A stretch of 63,927 nucleotides of DNA, filler included, from Licmophora abbreviata (lineage: Eukaryota): assembly GCA_900291995.1 (NCBI GenBank). It is 8 parts of 8 records of this genome, joined end to end, with 100 filler letters (N's around TTAATTAATTAA, not from the genome) between each part and the next. Parts side by side here need not be neighbours in the genome. Positions count along the whole stretch, not along the records: positions 27,691 to 39,242 come from OLMU01003296.1; positions 39,343 to 42,575 come from OLMU01003297.1; positions 42,676 to 56,448 come from OLMU01003299.1; 5 more parts are not named here. The stretch is one strand, 5' to 3'. Shown piece after piece: positions 36,201 to 47,831 of the stretch (the first letter of the stretch is position 1; each line of letters begins with the position of its first letter). The position numbers and the translations under genes are program-made. Under the pieces are notes generated by a model, which did not search any database, was not told the origin of the DNA, and was given only the letters and a program-made list of their open reading frames with translations.

Positions 36201-38552
36201 TGAAAGTCGAACATTGGAGGTTCAACTCGACTTCCATGCGTCGAAGGTAAGAAGAATTTGTACGCTATCTTCCTTGCCAAGTCCCAGCGCCTTGGAGCGG
36301 GTGTTAGGGCATGCAGTTCAAGGAAAGACATCAACTCTAGAAACAGCATCAGTTGCGTACCCACGGTGGACTTGGGCAGTGCAGCAATCTCATCTTGGTC
36401 CGTTTCAAAGGACTCTTCAGACGAAAAATGGGCTGACAAAAACGGAAGACGACGGCCATCAACAGCGCACGTCACGAAAGCATTCTGCAACGCAGCACGA
36501 AAGTTAGCGTCGGAACTGGCCACCTGATCGAGCGCTGACAACGAAAAGTTCTCGTTACAGCTGCATGATCCATGCGAAAGCATAGCGACGTTTAGAACGG
36601 CGATACTATGTTGTAGACATTCTCGGGGAACACAAACCCACGTACCGTTTTGCGACTTGGCCTGATATCGCTCGGCGCACTGAAATCGGCGGCGAAATGA
36701 CATTCGTGGGATTGGCACCCTCGAATGTATGAGCTGATATGATCCAGTTTACCGGTGTTTCGTCACTCGACTCCGCCTCGTGCGGAGAATTTCCGGTGTC
36801 TTCTACACGTTTGTCGGCTTCGTCCACGTGAAGACCCTCGTTGGCCTCGTCGATCTTCTTATCAACCTCGGACGACTCCTTTGAGAGTTTTATGTCTCCT
36901 TCCTCGAAAATTGTGGGTGACCTCACGTCAGGCTCAGTATCCTTGTCGATAGCGTCTGCCTCATCGTTCCCCTTGCCCGCGGTTTCTGCGGACGAATCAA
37001 CAGGCGACTTACGTGCCTGGTCTACGTCTAATGTTTCATCCCGAGCGATGCTGCCATCCTTTTCATTTCCTTGCTTTGTGGAATTGATGCCGTTATCGTT
37101 CACATCTTCTTTGCCAGTAAGTTTCCCATTAATACCCTTTGGGTCCTCGCCATCGCTGTCTGCCTGCGAGTTTCCACCCTCATGGCGCGACAGACCATTC
37201 TCGTTTCCTTCATCTTCTTCCGTCTCCTCCGCACCACTACCATCACCCTTCGGAAGCGTGACGTGTTCCGCACCACTCTCTCCCTCCTCTCTCCATTTGT
37301 GCATCATGCCTACCGCTACATCGACATAGTTCATCCGTTCCAACGCCAGGCGTTCTTGTCCCGTCCCAAACACCAGAACCGCCGGTCGCTTCGCGTCCGC
37401 AATTGTCCTAGGCACATTCGATATGGTGCCCTTGCGCACATCCGTCTCGCCCACCTTGACAATGGTATCTCCCACCCGCACCACATCCGACTGGTACGCT
37501 GCTCCGCCTCGCACGAGAAAATCAACATACACTCCGTGATTACGAAGATATGTCTGTTTGAGATTGACTCCCAACATTCCATTTCCCAACAACATGACGT
37601 ACTGAAAGGGTTCCAATGCATCCATAATGGACTGCATGTACTTGGCAGCGCGACTCTGCAAAATTAGTGACGTCTGGGACGGTGATGGACTCGTAATGGA
37701 GTCTCTCTTCTTTTTGGATGTTGGTGTCGTTGTAATAGTTGGCGACGATCGTCCACTACTATTGCCAGTACTGTAACGACCTCGAAATCCGCTCGCCACC
37801 GTATCTGCCACGACGGATGCAGCCACCTTAGCTGCCATGGTCATGCGGGGAGGAGGAGGAGTGTCGGTGGTAGCAGTAGAAGTGGAAGAGCGAACTTCCG
37901 AGGAAGACTTTTCGTAGTCTTCGTCCGTGGCACTGCCTTCCTCTTCCAAACTACTTTCACCCTCATCGTCGTCATTGCTACTGCTGCTGTTGCTGTTTTC
38001 GTTACTTTCATCATTTTCACTTTTCTTACTGTGGACATCCTTGCTGTCTGCCGACGGCGATGTCACAAGAGCTGCATCAGCAGAAGCAGACGACGACGCA
38101 GGTCGAAACAAGCTAGAAGCAGAGGATAATGACATGGTATTGCGCGTGACACTGTCATTGGCCATTTGTCGCCAGTTGCTGAAGCGATTCATGAGAATGC
38201 GAGCACCACGGGAATTTTGGAGTGTTTCATCGTCGTCTCCATCAGTAGTAGTACTGTTGTCTTTGGGGTCGGTAGCAGTACCAGCACCACCGGAAGATAG
38301 GGAGGGGGCTGGTAGAGAATTCTGATTTGCTGTTTGCGCCGACTCGGAAGTAGCCGATGGACCGACCAGTGTAGCATCTTGCTTTTGGGGCAGTAACGAA
38401 TCTTCATCTGCTGCTGATGATGGTAATTGTTGCGTTGATAGAGTTGAAGGCCGTGCGTCATCATCGTCATCATTGCTGATAGAGGAGTCTGGAAGTTGAG
38501 AAGCAGCGATTTTGCTCATTTCACCAGCCTCATCACCTTCCACACCACTCAT
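33249..38552 (-). CDS. 1686-aa PDZ + RGS-like + DENN (Rab GEF) protein; introns 36561-36645, 34908-34976 and 33563-33651
   Basis: PDZ: LGVNL..GVYVDFLVRGGAA..VRVGDTIVKV. RGS-like: LFLELMSF..LARKIAYKFF..FISFLISD. cDENN: ILMEQKVVF..LLAPLRWSHLLVPLVP..LLQYPAPYILG..VDLD. dDENN-like: LESFLRCQSLSTYI. All splices keep frame (5061 nt). Confidence 0.85.
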
Positions 38553-38970
38553 GGGTTCTTTTTGTTAAATTTTATGTAGTAGAGTCAACGCCGGTGTCGT
38601 CGTTTGCTATGGTCAGTCTATAAACTCTCGTCCTCGCTTCGCCAACAACAAGTCAACAAAGGCCCGCTCGGCTAAAACCTAAAACTCCAAATTCGAACTT
38701 GGCGAATTCACAATTCACAGACAAGTTATCAGACCCTCTCTGTTGAGACAAGATCGGTCACTAAAAAGAATTACACCGACAACATGTCATCACATACGAA
38801 TCTCTATGGAATCTTCGATCATTAAACATCATACGCATTTGCATAACTAATTTTATTGCGTCATCATCACTTATGGAATCGAAAAGTTCGCAACTTCCAA
38901 AGATTTCGTTCCAAACTGAATTCTTGACACTAGAAGAGCATCACCATGACGATGAACCACCTCCACTATC

Positions 38971-40345
38971 ATGTCCGATACTAGCAATTCTACCGACAAC
39001 AGCAACAGTCTCTCCTTGTTTGTCTTGTTCTTGACTCTCTTTTGCATTCTCTTCTTGATTTCCGCCTATGTCATTGCACATGGACTTTGGAAGTTTTGCA
39101 GTCGATACTGTGTTCGGACTAGGAGTCGACTGGGATGCTGCTGTTGTGCCATTAATGTCGACGCGTATCGACGAGAACGTGACAGTTTACAAAGATTACG
39201 TGAATGAGAAGGATCCATCGATTTCAAACGTGGCAGCAGCAANNNNNNNNNNNNNNNNNNNNNNNNNNNNNNNNNNNNNNNNNNNNTTAATTAATTAANN
39301 NNNNNNNNNNNNNNNNNNNNNNNNNNNNNNNNNNNNNNNNNNGGTGCTGGTTTGCCGTTGGGAGCCCAAATATCATCCTCGGCAACAGGATCGTCGTCGA
39401 CGACCCATCAGTATCCTACAGTCACAGGCCTAGCCACCTTTTCTCAAATTCCAGGACCCATCCCCAGTCATACTACTCCTACAACAACACTACGAGGAGA
39501 AATACCGGAACTTGCCACCTTTTCTCAAATTCCAGGGCCGATACCCAACGTCTTGTATACTCCGCCTCATCATCATACCACAATTATGGGCTTTGTACTC
39601 GTCGATGCGACACGACACGCATCCTCCTTATCACAGCACAATGCGGCGGCGATGACTCGATCGTTTGCACTGCGAGACCAACTGTCACCAGAGAAACGGC
39701 GAGCCATATTGGATCAATTGTTAGTGTGCAAGATCTATCATTGCCGCGATGGTGGTGATGATGATGATGCTAGTGAAGCCGTGACAGCTGAAACAGTGGA
39801 AGAGGGACGAAGGCAGGTAAAAGAAAAAGATAGGGACGAGCCGACACTACAACCACAAGAAGACACCACAGAGTCTGACGATGACGGTATGCGACCACAG
39901 AGCTACGCGTTTCCCTTACACGAGGAACCTGCCACACCAGAGCTGACCTGCGCCATTTGTCTCGATGGTTTTGGTAAGTTGTTACGTGTGAACCCTATCG
40001 GATCGTCATACAATAAAATGGACTCGCTCACCCACTCTCTCACTCACACAATGTGATTCCAAAGTCAACGGCGAATACATCAATGATACGAGCAAGTGTC
40101 CGCATGTCTTCCATCGTACCTGTTTGTTGGAATGGTTGGACAAGCATGATGTTTGCCCCTGCTGTCGACGACCCATGATTACCAATGAGGAATGGCGGCG
40201 CGTTGCAGAAGAGCAAATACTGTCTGCTGCAGCTGCTGCTACTACGACTACTACTGTTGATGGGATGACTACCGGTGCAACACGAAATGGTTTGGTACTG
40301 GCGACTGTGGCATCACACGAAACTCCCGCGGAAAGCGATGAATGA
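38971..40345 (+). CDS. TM-anchored RING-H2 (ATL-like) E3 ligase spanning a gap; intron 39974-40064; 5' part has a premature stop or indel near 39205
   Basis: N-terminal TM (LFVLFLTLFCILFLISAYVIA); after the gap, CAICLDGF|V..CPHVFHRTC..W..CPCCR. Joining the two parts across the gap is an inference. Confidence 0.7.
39243..39342. other. Assembly gap spacer
   Basis: N44-TTAATTAATTAA-N44. Confidence 0.98.
39433..39536 (+). repeat. Intragenic direct repeat: 23 nt identical, 81-nt period (LATFSQIPGPIP twice)
   Basis: gccaccttttctcaaattccagg at 39433-39455 and 39514-39536. Confidence 0.9.
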
Positions 40346-40664
40346 AGAACAAGAGTGTGGGTTAGGATGCGTTGCTTGTGCGTCGTGTTGCTTCCGAGGA
40401 GGCGAATGAGATCGTTCTCGTTGACGGCAGGCCAGTATTGCCAGGCATTACTGGGAAGCACTGGAAGAACGACTCGTCCCACGTGGCAACTGTTTACCAA
40501 TCTTTCCAACTCGCGTGTGTCACTACTACTATATATACAACATGAATGGAAAACAGACTCGTATGACATCAGTGTTGACACAGGGCTCGACGAACGACCT
40601 GTCGTCATCGGCGCAGTGGAGGACACTATTGTAGATACATACTTTACAAGATAGACGACACCGT

Positions 40665-41255
40665 TCATTCTTCATCATTAGTCGCGTTGTTGTTGTTGTA
40701 CTCTTCCATGATGCGTTGTCGCTCTTGTCGTTCGACTTCTTCCACATCGTTCCGAACCGACTGTGCCGCGAGTACACACCACGAAAGCCGACCGAGGCCT
40801 CCATCAAAGACCCACTGTTCCAGTGTTGGGGCGGACGCACTATTGCTAGTATTGGTGGTAGTAGTAGTATTGTAGGATGCCGCTTCTTCGTACGCAGTGG
40901 TCTCCCTGTAGGACGCATCCATGACACTCTTGGGAACTAGGACACCTCGCTCCGTTCGCAACGCATGTACCAGTATACTCGGATACCGCTTGGCATAGGA
41001 TCGCGTGAGTTGACGACACGTGTCCCAGTACCTCCACAAGCCTACGGAATATCCCGTCCAGGAGCCTAGTAAGAAGGGGAGGAGCGGACCGACGGTGGTG
41101 ACGGTAGCCCCGACCTGGCCGCACACCAGTCCCACCGTGAGGGCACTCAGAGTGCCGCTGAGAATGGCCTCGCCGACGAAGCGAGCGCGGGAGGGGACAT
41201 TGGCGCCGCTCAAACGGACCAAAGACGAGATGCCTTCAAACTGAGAGTCGTCCAT
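40665..41255 (-). CDS. Hypothetical small membrane protein with Gly-rich hydrophobic helices
   Basis: 196-aa ATG ORF containing ALTVGLVCGQVG and LLPFLLGSWTGYSVG. Confidence 0.7.
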   Translation of the reverse strand: MDDSQFEGISSLVRLSGANVPSRARFVGEAILSGTLSALTVGLVCGQVGATVTTVGPLLPFLLGSWTGYSVGLWRYWDTCRQLTRSYAKRYPSILVHALRTERGVLVPKSVMDASYRETTAYEEAASYNTTTTTNTSNSASAPTLEQWVFDGGLGRLSWCVLAAQSVRNDVEEVERQERQRIMEEYNNNNATNDEE

Positions 41256-41673
41256 GGCTTGTGTTTAGTAGGTTAAGGTGGAATGAACTGTGCTGCTTGG
41301 GTCTCTGATAGGCAGAGGAGATACTGACGGTGATACGTATGTAACTCAGTGTAGATCAATGAATTTAGAATTTACATGGTCCAAAAGTGCGTACGATATA
41401 GGGTCGCGTCTTTTTCTCGTTTTCTGCAGCGCGGTATGTGCATCGCCCGGTACATCTCTGTTCCGCAAAACGCGCACCCCTTCATCCTCTTTTCTGCTCA
41501 CATGTTTGGCGGCGGCATCACATCTACGCGAGCCACCCTAGGCTATTATTAGGGCGACTCAGTCCAAGCATCATCGTCATCGCGCTGTGTTCTTCCTCCT
41601 AGAGTAATGTTTCTAGTGCGGCCTGTCAACACAGCGTTTCTATTTTAATTTTCTTTTTTAGTCTTTCAAAAGA

Positions 41674-42575
41674 ATGTCGACAAGCTCGACATCCTCCGCC
41701 GGCGAACATTCCGATAGAAAGACAGCAGCCGAACTGGGCACACGCACCGTCTTCGAACGCACTGTGATCGTCGACGGCCACAGGAGTAGCACGATTCAAG
41801 ACACTACCAACGACGGTGCTGTACCCTCTTCTAATTCCAGTCTCCGCCTCATGATGCTGGGGTGCGAAGACAATCCTCCCTACGGACCCAACGAACACAC
41901 CGCGACCATGTTTCTCGATCTCATTTGTCGCGCCTTGGAGCTCAACCATGAAAAGGACAACGGCAATGTACATCACCATGTCTCCATTGCCATCTATCAC
42001 GTCCAACGATTCGATTATCCCACCTCTTCACAAGAATGGGATGCCTACGACGGTATCTTGTTGCCAGGAAGTTTCTCATCGGCCTACGACGAGGAGCAGG
42101 AGTGGATCGTTACATTGAAATCGGTCTTGAGGGAACATGTACACACCCGTCATAGGCCCACTACCTTGGGCGTTTGCTTTGGACATCAACTGTACGCGCA
42201 TGCACTGCAGGGTGGCTTGGCAGTCCCGTGTCCGGCCGGTCCGCAGGCGGGACGACGCGCCTGTGTCCTCAGCGAGGCAGGCACACGTATGCTCGGTTAT
42301 AGTACTGCTTCCGATACACACGACGAGAATCCTACCATCCAGCTATACTATACACACGGGGATATGGTACAACAGTTGCCCGCGTGTGCTGTGTCTCTGG
42401 GGGGCAATCAGAACGTTCCTATTGTAGCTGCTGCGTACTTTTGTGAGTCCAAAGATGATGATGCGGGTGCTGCAGTACAGCAGCAAAACGACAGCAATAT
42501 CAATCGACGACCCACGGCTATTACGTTTCAAGCGCACCCAGAGTACGCTTCTAGCCAAAAGTTGGGAGTTCAGCA
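41674..42575 (+). CDS. Class I glutamine amidotransferase-like protein, 3' end truncated by the gap
   Basis: DGILLPGS, LGVCFGHQ (nucleophile Cys), HGD and FQAHPE (His-x-Glu). Confidence 0.88.
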
Positions 42576-42675
42576 NNNNNNNNNNNNNNNNNNNNNNNNN
42601 NNNNNNNNNNNNNNNNNNNTTAATTAATTAANNNNNNNNNNNNNNNNNNNNNNNNNNNNNNNNNNNNNNNNNNNN
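42576..42675. other. Assembly gap spacer
   Basis: N44-TTAATTAATTAA-N44. Confidence 0.98.
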
Positions 42676-42953
42676 GGGGTTGCGCCGGGCGTTGGATTCT
42701 TGGTGGGAACCGGGGTGGGCGCCGGGGTGGGGTTCTTGGTAGGAATTGGGGTTGCGCCGGGCGTTGGATTCTTGGTGGGAGCTGGAGTGGGGCTCATGGT
42801 AGGAATCGGGGTTGCGCCGGGCGTGGGGTTCTTGGTGGGAGCCGGGGTGGGGCTCATGGTAGGATTTGGGGTTAAGTTAGGGGTGGGGTTCTTGGTTGGC
42901 GTCGGGGTAGGAGCCGGGGTTGGGTTTGGAGTGGGAGCTTGGGTGGGAGCCGG
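42676..42953 (-). repeat. Coding tandem repeat: 12-nt PTxx units with a higher-order unit of about 60 nt ([20 protein letters not shown])
   Basis: ggggttgcgccgggcgt starts at 42676, 42748 and 42808. Confidence 0.9.
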
Positions 42954-43298
42954 AGGATCCGGGCCTCCTCCTCCTCCGAAAAGGTCAATGAGAGTTCCGA
43001 TGATCTCCAGTTTTCGCACGCTCGACTCTGCTCCACGAAGGTTCTGTGGTTGCTGCTCGATTAGACTTGATTCGGGTTCGGCTACAAGCTCTTCACGAAT
43101 TTCCTTGTTGGCTCCGGTCTCAGTACCGGAAAGATTACGTTTCGAAAGCTTGCTCAGTGGTGCCATGTCGGAATGAGTACCATGACTCTGAGGTCCGTCG
43201 ACATCGGCTGCCAACGATCCATAGAGGCGGGGACTCGCCAGGCATGCCAAGCATACCAGTGCCGTTCCGAGATGACGCACCGCGTAGGAGAGTTGCAT
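42676..43298 (-). CDS. Secreted Pro/Thr-rich protein with an NLRG...RKL pro-peptide, 3' end truncated by the gap
   Basis: Hydrophobic N-terminus, NLRG and RKL, then (PTxx)n repeats running into the gap. Confidence 0.75.
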
Positions 43299-44699
43299 GC
43301 TGGATGTTGAAGCTAGGACTGCTAGAAAAAGAGAGCCGGACGCACGTTTTGTGAGATACAGACTGTACACAAACCTGCAGCCCTGGAGCACAGGTGATAC
43401 GGCGACTTCGACAAGCATCGTTCACGCAGCAACCCACCAGATAGAGACGTCCGATACTCACGAATCCTACCCTGATCCGGTTTATCTGCCACACAATACA
43501 GAGAGAGAGAGCGAAGGACGACGAGATGCACTCGAGCGAGAGAAGAAAAGAGTGTGATATGGCAACTCGTAGTATCATACTGCTCGTACTTAAAAATATA
43601 TTTTCAATTTGCAGCTGCGAGCGGTTTTGGATGGGGCATTTCGGTAGTTTTGTCCGTTGAAAGCTGAGCAATAATTGAATACTTACATACAAGTTGGATT
43701 ATCTACTTAGGAAATTTTGGCGCATTTATGTATGAAATTTTGTCTGAGTATCTGTTTGTCTAACATGGGCCGTGTGCCCGGCTCTGCAACCGTTCAATCT
43801 TCACTACTTCTATGTCATAAACGAATACGAAGTAAATGCGGTCGTGCCATTTTCGTCAGAGTCAACACACGGCCAAAAATTCGACCGTCGGATAGTGAGT
43901 TCCGCATTCCGTGCGTGCGTCCGATCGCCGAAAAGCCGAAAGCAAAAGCCATGACATACCGTAGTACGCTATTACGGCTTAGGCGTTGGGTTCTCCATAT
44001 AGAGTTGAAGCGCAGTGGCGCTCTTCCGAGTTGCGTTGACTGATCTAGCCTCTAGTAGGTCAAGTACAAGCTGACTTTTAGACGGCCGTGCTTAGAGTAG
44101 TAGACGCTGGGAAAATCGCCATGAAGCACTTGTTGGTTTGAGTCATGATGCTAGTTGTCGTCTCGGCGAAGTTCCATTCCAGCATTGTCTTCACTTTCGG
44201 GACGCAGGTTGCTCATCTGGCCGGTAAGGGACTCGTGATCCTCGGAGGCAGAGGTGGGTGGTTCCAACGATACTAGCTAGGTACCGTATTCGTACCAAAG
44301 AAACTCGTCCCCAATGTTTGGAATCATTGCTGAATTGACCGTGGGCCTCATGCAGCAGTTATCTGGGGAAGGTAGTTCGGCCTACTGTAGTTGATTGAAG
44401 ACAAAAACTAAGGATCCAAATCAGCCCCAAATCGCGAGTCCTGCTGCGATCCATCATATCACGCGGCTTGATAGCCACAGCCGTGCGGTTGAGTTGATTT
44501 GGAAAACGTTAACACGGACTTGTCGCGCCTACTCTAGTAATTACAGTTGCTGAACTCGTTCCTTTTAGAAAAGGTAAGCTACAGTAATAAGTAATTATGA
44601 TTTTTTGAGAGGCCCTCTATTGTAAGCAATGAGTGGTGCCACGCATGGCGCGTCACTCTTCACTTGGATCATATGACGTGCAGAAAGAGCCTACCATAG

Positions 44700-45332
44700 C
44701 TAGCCAAAAGCAGACACGACCGTAACGGTGGCAGAGGCCATGCAATCTTCCGTTCCTTCGGCAAGGAGCTCGAAATCGTTGACATCTCCAGCTGTTCCAT
44801 CAACTTTGTCCGTATGGCTGCATGTGTACGAACTACCAGGAGCAATCGTGATTGGGGTCTCACAATCGCCTAAGCCATCGATGTTAAGTGGGCCCTTCGG
44901 AACGTTGTTCAAAATGAGGGTATCTTCCATGTTGGTGACTTCGATGGGAGAGTCGGTATCATTGGAAAGTTCCACCGTGAAGGTAACGTCGGTTCCTTGC
45001 TCGAAGACAGTTGTGGTAGACACAGAGTACATGCAGGAATAGGCAGATCCAGTCGGCTTCTTGTCCTTCTTCTCTTTGCACCACCCCTTCTTGCATTGGG
45101 GACGACAGTCACCGCACCAAGCATCATTGAAGCACGGCCAGCCAGTGCTACAAAAGGCAAGCTCTCGGTGGCCCTCATCGTTGGAGATCACTTCGAGAGT
45201 GTCGTAACGTAGGTGAGGGGTCGTCATCATGGCCTCATCATCAGCGTCCTCATCGTTCTTGTCCATGACGGCGCCATGCACCGTGTGCGAAAGTGCCGAC
45301 AGCACGGCCAGCAAGGCAAGAAGGGAATGCAT
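44700..45332 (-). CDS. Secreted protein: signal peptide, acidic pro-region ending REL, 6-Cys mini-domain and DUF11-like Ig-type domain
   Basis: MHSLLALLAVLSALSHTVHG; HREL; CSTGWPCFNDAWCGDCRPQCKKGWC; VTFTVELSN..CETPITIAPGSSYTCS. Confidence 0.75.
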   Translation of the reverse strand: MHSLLALLAVLSALSHTVHGAVMDKNDEDADDEAMMTTPHLRYDTLEVISNDEGHRELAFCSTGWPCFNDAWCGDCRPQCKKGWCKEKKDKKPTGSAYSCMYSVSTTTVFEQGTDVTFTVELSNDTDSPIEVTNMEDTLILNNVPKGPLNIDGLGDCETPITIAPGSSYTCSHTDKVDGTAGDVNDFELLAEGTEDCMASATVTVVSAFG

Positions 45333-46226
45333 GTTACATGGCATGATGACTTGTTCTGACGACGAAGTAGGCAGTTGAGAAATTAGGTGTCAGTGAGGAC
45401 AGGGTGTCAGTGAGGATATGCTGCTCCATCTCACCCATCATATGACACCATGCAGACCATGCTTCTTTTCTGGCGCGATGAGTACGAAGCCAAGAGGTTA
45501 CAGAAACAGAGTAGCCATCGTCGCACTGGTTGCGCTCACCTTGTATTTCTTATTTTGACTGTTGAACTGGATATTGTGAAAGGAACGGAACCGGCGTCGC
45601 CCGTACTGACACTAAACATCCAACGAGCATCGCGCCTATCTTGGTCCAAAAATTTTAGCCTTCTGACAGGACTGAGAGAAATTTTCATCCTCGCTTGACA
45701 CTTTGCCATCGAGACTGTGATCGACGACAGCTCCCATCCGAGCTTTGGCTTGCAAGACTGATATGAGACGCCGTCATTTAGAACTCTGCTCCGCTGACAA
45801 GCAAGAAGACTCCTTCTTTCATGTGTTTCAGTCACCCCGATCGCACTTTTTTCGAAGAAAGAAAACGTAATATGTACAAAACGTCATAAGAATATCAGTA
45901 TGGATCCAGTGTACTCTCCAGTTCAGAGTTAACTATACCAGGTACAGCAATTTAAAATATGTATTGTGGCGGGCGTGTGTACTTAAAACAAATACGTCCT
46001 CTTGTACTTCCTGTCGAAAGCAGCTTAGACATTGACACTTTCGAAAGAGTGTCTCGGAAGCGTCCGCTTGAAGCTTCGAAAGGCTTCACAAAGACGCGAT
46101 GGGATCGTGATGCCGTCGCTCCCTCTGCCCCCTCCTCACTATTACTAGTAGAGATCACGCTCTTACCTGTCCGTCCGGTTTCATCCTAGAGACGCAAGAA
46201 GACTATCACGAAACCTCTTCATCGCC

Positions 46227-47736
46227 ATGCGACGCCCTTCTATGCTGCAAACAAGGAGTACCTCGTCCGACTCATCGCGTCGCTTACTTCAGAACAACAA
46301 AAACAACAACAAGGCATCGTCCAACACCGTCGTCGCCAACAACCACAGCAAGAAGCAGTCTCGGAGGGCATCGTTGACACCCCAAGCAGTACAGCAAGAA
46401 ATTCACGCCCAATTAGGACTGCCACGACGTCGGTGGTTGCCGGGACTGTCTAACCTCCTCTGGATTGCGTGAGTACAATAAGTCTCAATTTTGCCATTGG
46501 CATGAATTCAGCGCACTCAGTCACCGCTTTGTTATTCCTCTCAGAACGCTCTTGGTGCTCTGGACACGTCTGAGTATTCAGCAGGTCGTTCACGACAAAC
46601 GATTGCTTGTATTGCTTGAACAAGTAGTGCAGAGTGTCGACGATCATGATACTACAAAAAGTAGGAGAGGGACTACCGCCGGTTCCATCAACCTCCTCAC
46701 TTATCCTTCATTTTTACTCGCATTCTCCAAGTTGTTCGTCGCATCGGTCGGGTATGTGATGGTTTGGACATTACGACTGAGGACCCCGCCTCGAAGTCTC
46801 ATTACAGTCACTACTAACACTCTGTTACTATCGATGATCGCGCTCTTCAATGTTCTCGGACTATGGTGTTTGGGAACGTCGCTACAACTTGGCACGGCAA
46901 CACTCACTCACATGGCAAAGTCGTCACAACCGGCCGTGTCAATATGCATCGGGGGATTGGTGGGGTTAGGTATGGGGAGGTCCAAGAGGAGGAGCAAGAA
47001 TAGATTCAAGACGACTTGGATACGTCAGTTCTTGTTGGTATTCACAATGGTAGCTGGTACCGCGTATGCTTGCCTCGAACAGACAGCTCCGACGACATTG
47101 CACACTCCTACTATGTGTATTCTTGCCGCTTTACTGTCCACCCTTTGTTTTTCCTTGCGAAGCGTCCTTTCGAGGCAACACGCTTTACGGCAGCAGTATC
47201 ACAGGCATGGTGCCGGCAACGTCTTTGGAGTTATCACAATATGGAGTTTGGTGTGGATGTGTGTGCTTGGAGTGTGTCGTATAAGCGGGTTGTTAATTAG
47301 CACAATGATGCACGAAGGAGACGATGCTATGTTCAGCACAAGAAGTGTATTGGTATCGAGCAGAATGGCCGCCGATGCCTTGAGGGAGGATTATAATCTT
47401 GTACACAAGGGTCGACACGATCTACTCTACTCGGGCATGTACTACTATGCGAGCATTGAAGTAGCGTTCTGGTTGGTGCGGGCCGTCGACTCTGCAACAT
47501 GGCATACAATCTCTGATAGTATTCGGCGTGCTGTCGTCTTGGTGGTGGCAAGCGACATGTTGAACGAACAGTGTTGCACTCCAAAAGCGTTTGCAGGATA
47601 TGTCGTTGCCGAAGTGGGGAACCTGGTATATGCCTACTTTACGAGGAATGTATTGTCGCAATCACCGCGCAAGGCTGTCATTGGTCGACCCGAAAGCATA
47701 TTCAGGCACACTTATGCATCTCCACCCAAGGGATGA
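46227..47736 (+). CDS. Divergent triose-phosphate/phosphate translocator (TPT/DMT) family transporter; intron 46469-46544
   Basis: A GTGAGT...CTCAG intron joins the two ORFs. LTHMAKSSQP resembles FTHIVKAAEP, FSLRSVLSR resembles FALRNVFSK, and DSIRRAVVLV resembles NTIKRVVII. Confidence 0.72.
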
Positions 47737-47831
47737 TACTCGACCAGAGACGTAAGCTTTGTTTGTACTGCGTTTCGTCACTACACATCAATTAAGCTAT
47801 GTTGGCTGGCACTGCATACGGTCGCTTTCTC

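Noticed and set aside
39205..39207. TGA as selenocysteine or programmed readthrough
   Set aside because: There is no redox motif context and no recognisable SECIS; an indel explains it more simply.
42700..43176. Gly/Val-rich elastin-like plus-strand ORF
   Set aside because: Reverse-complement reading of the PTxx repeat gene.
43560..44690. Possible ncRNA or transposon remnant in the long intergenic region
   Set aside because: No tRNA, snRNA or snoRNA motif, terminal repeat or transposase-like ORF could be recognised by eye; an Infernal/RepeatMasker scan would be needed.
46440..46560. Apparent frameshift in the TPT-like gene
   Set aside because: Resolved by a canonical 76-bp intron.
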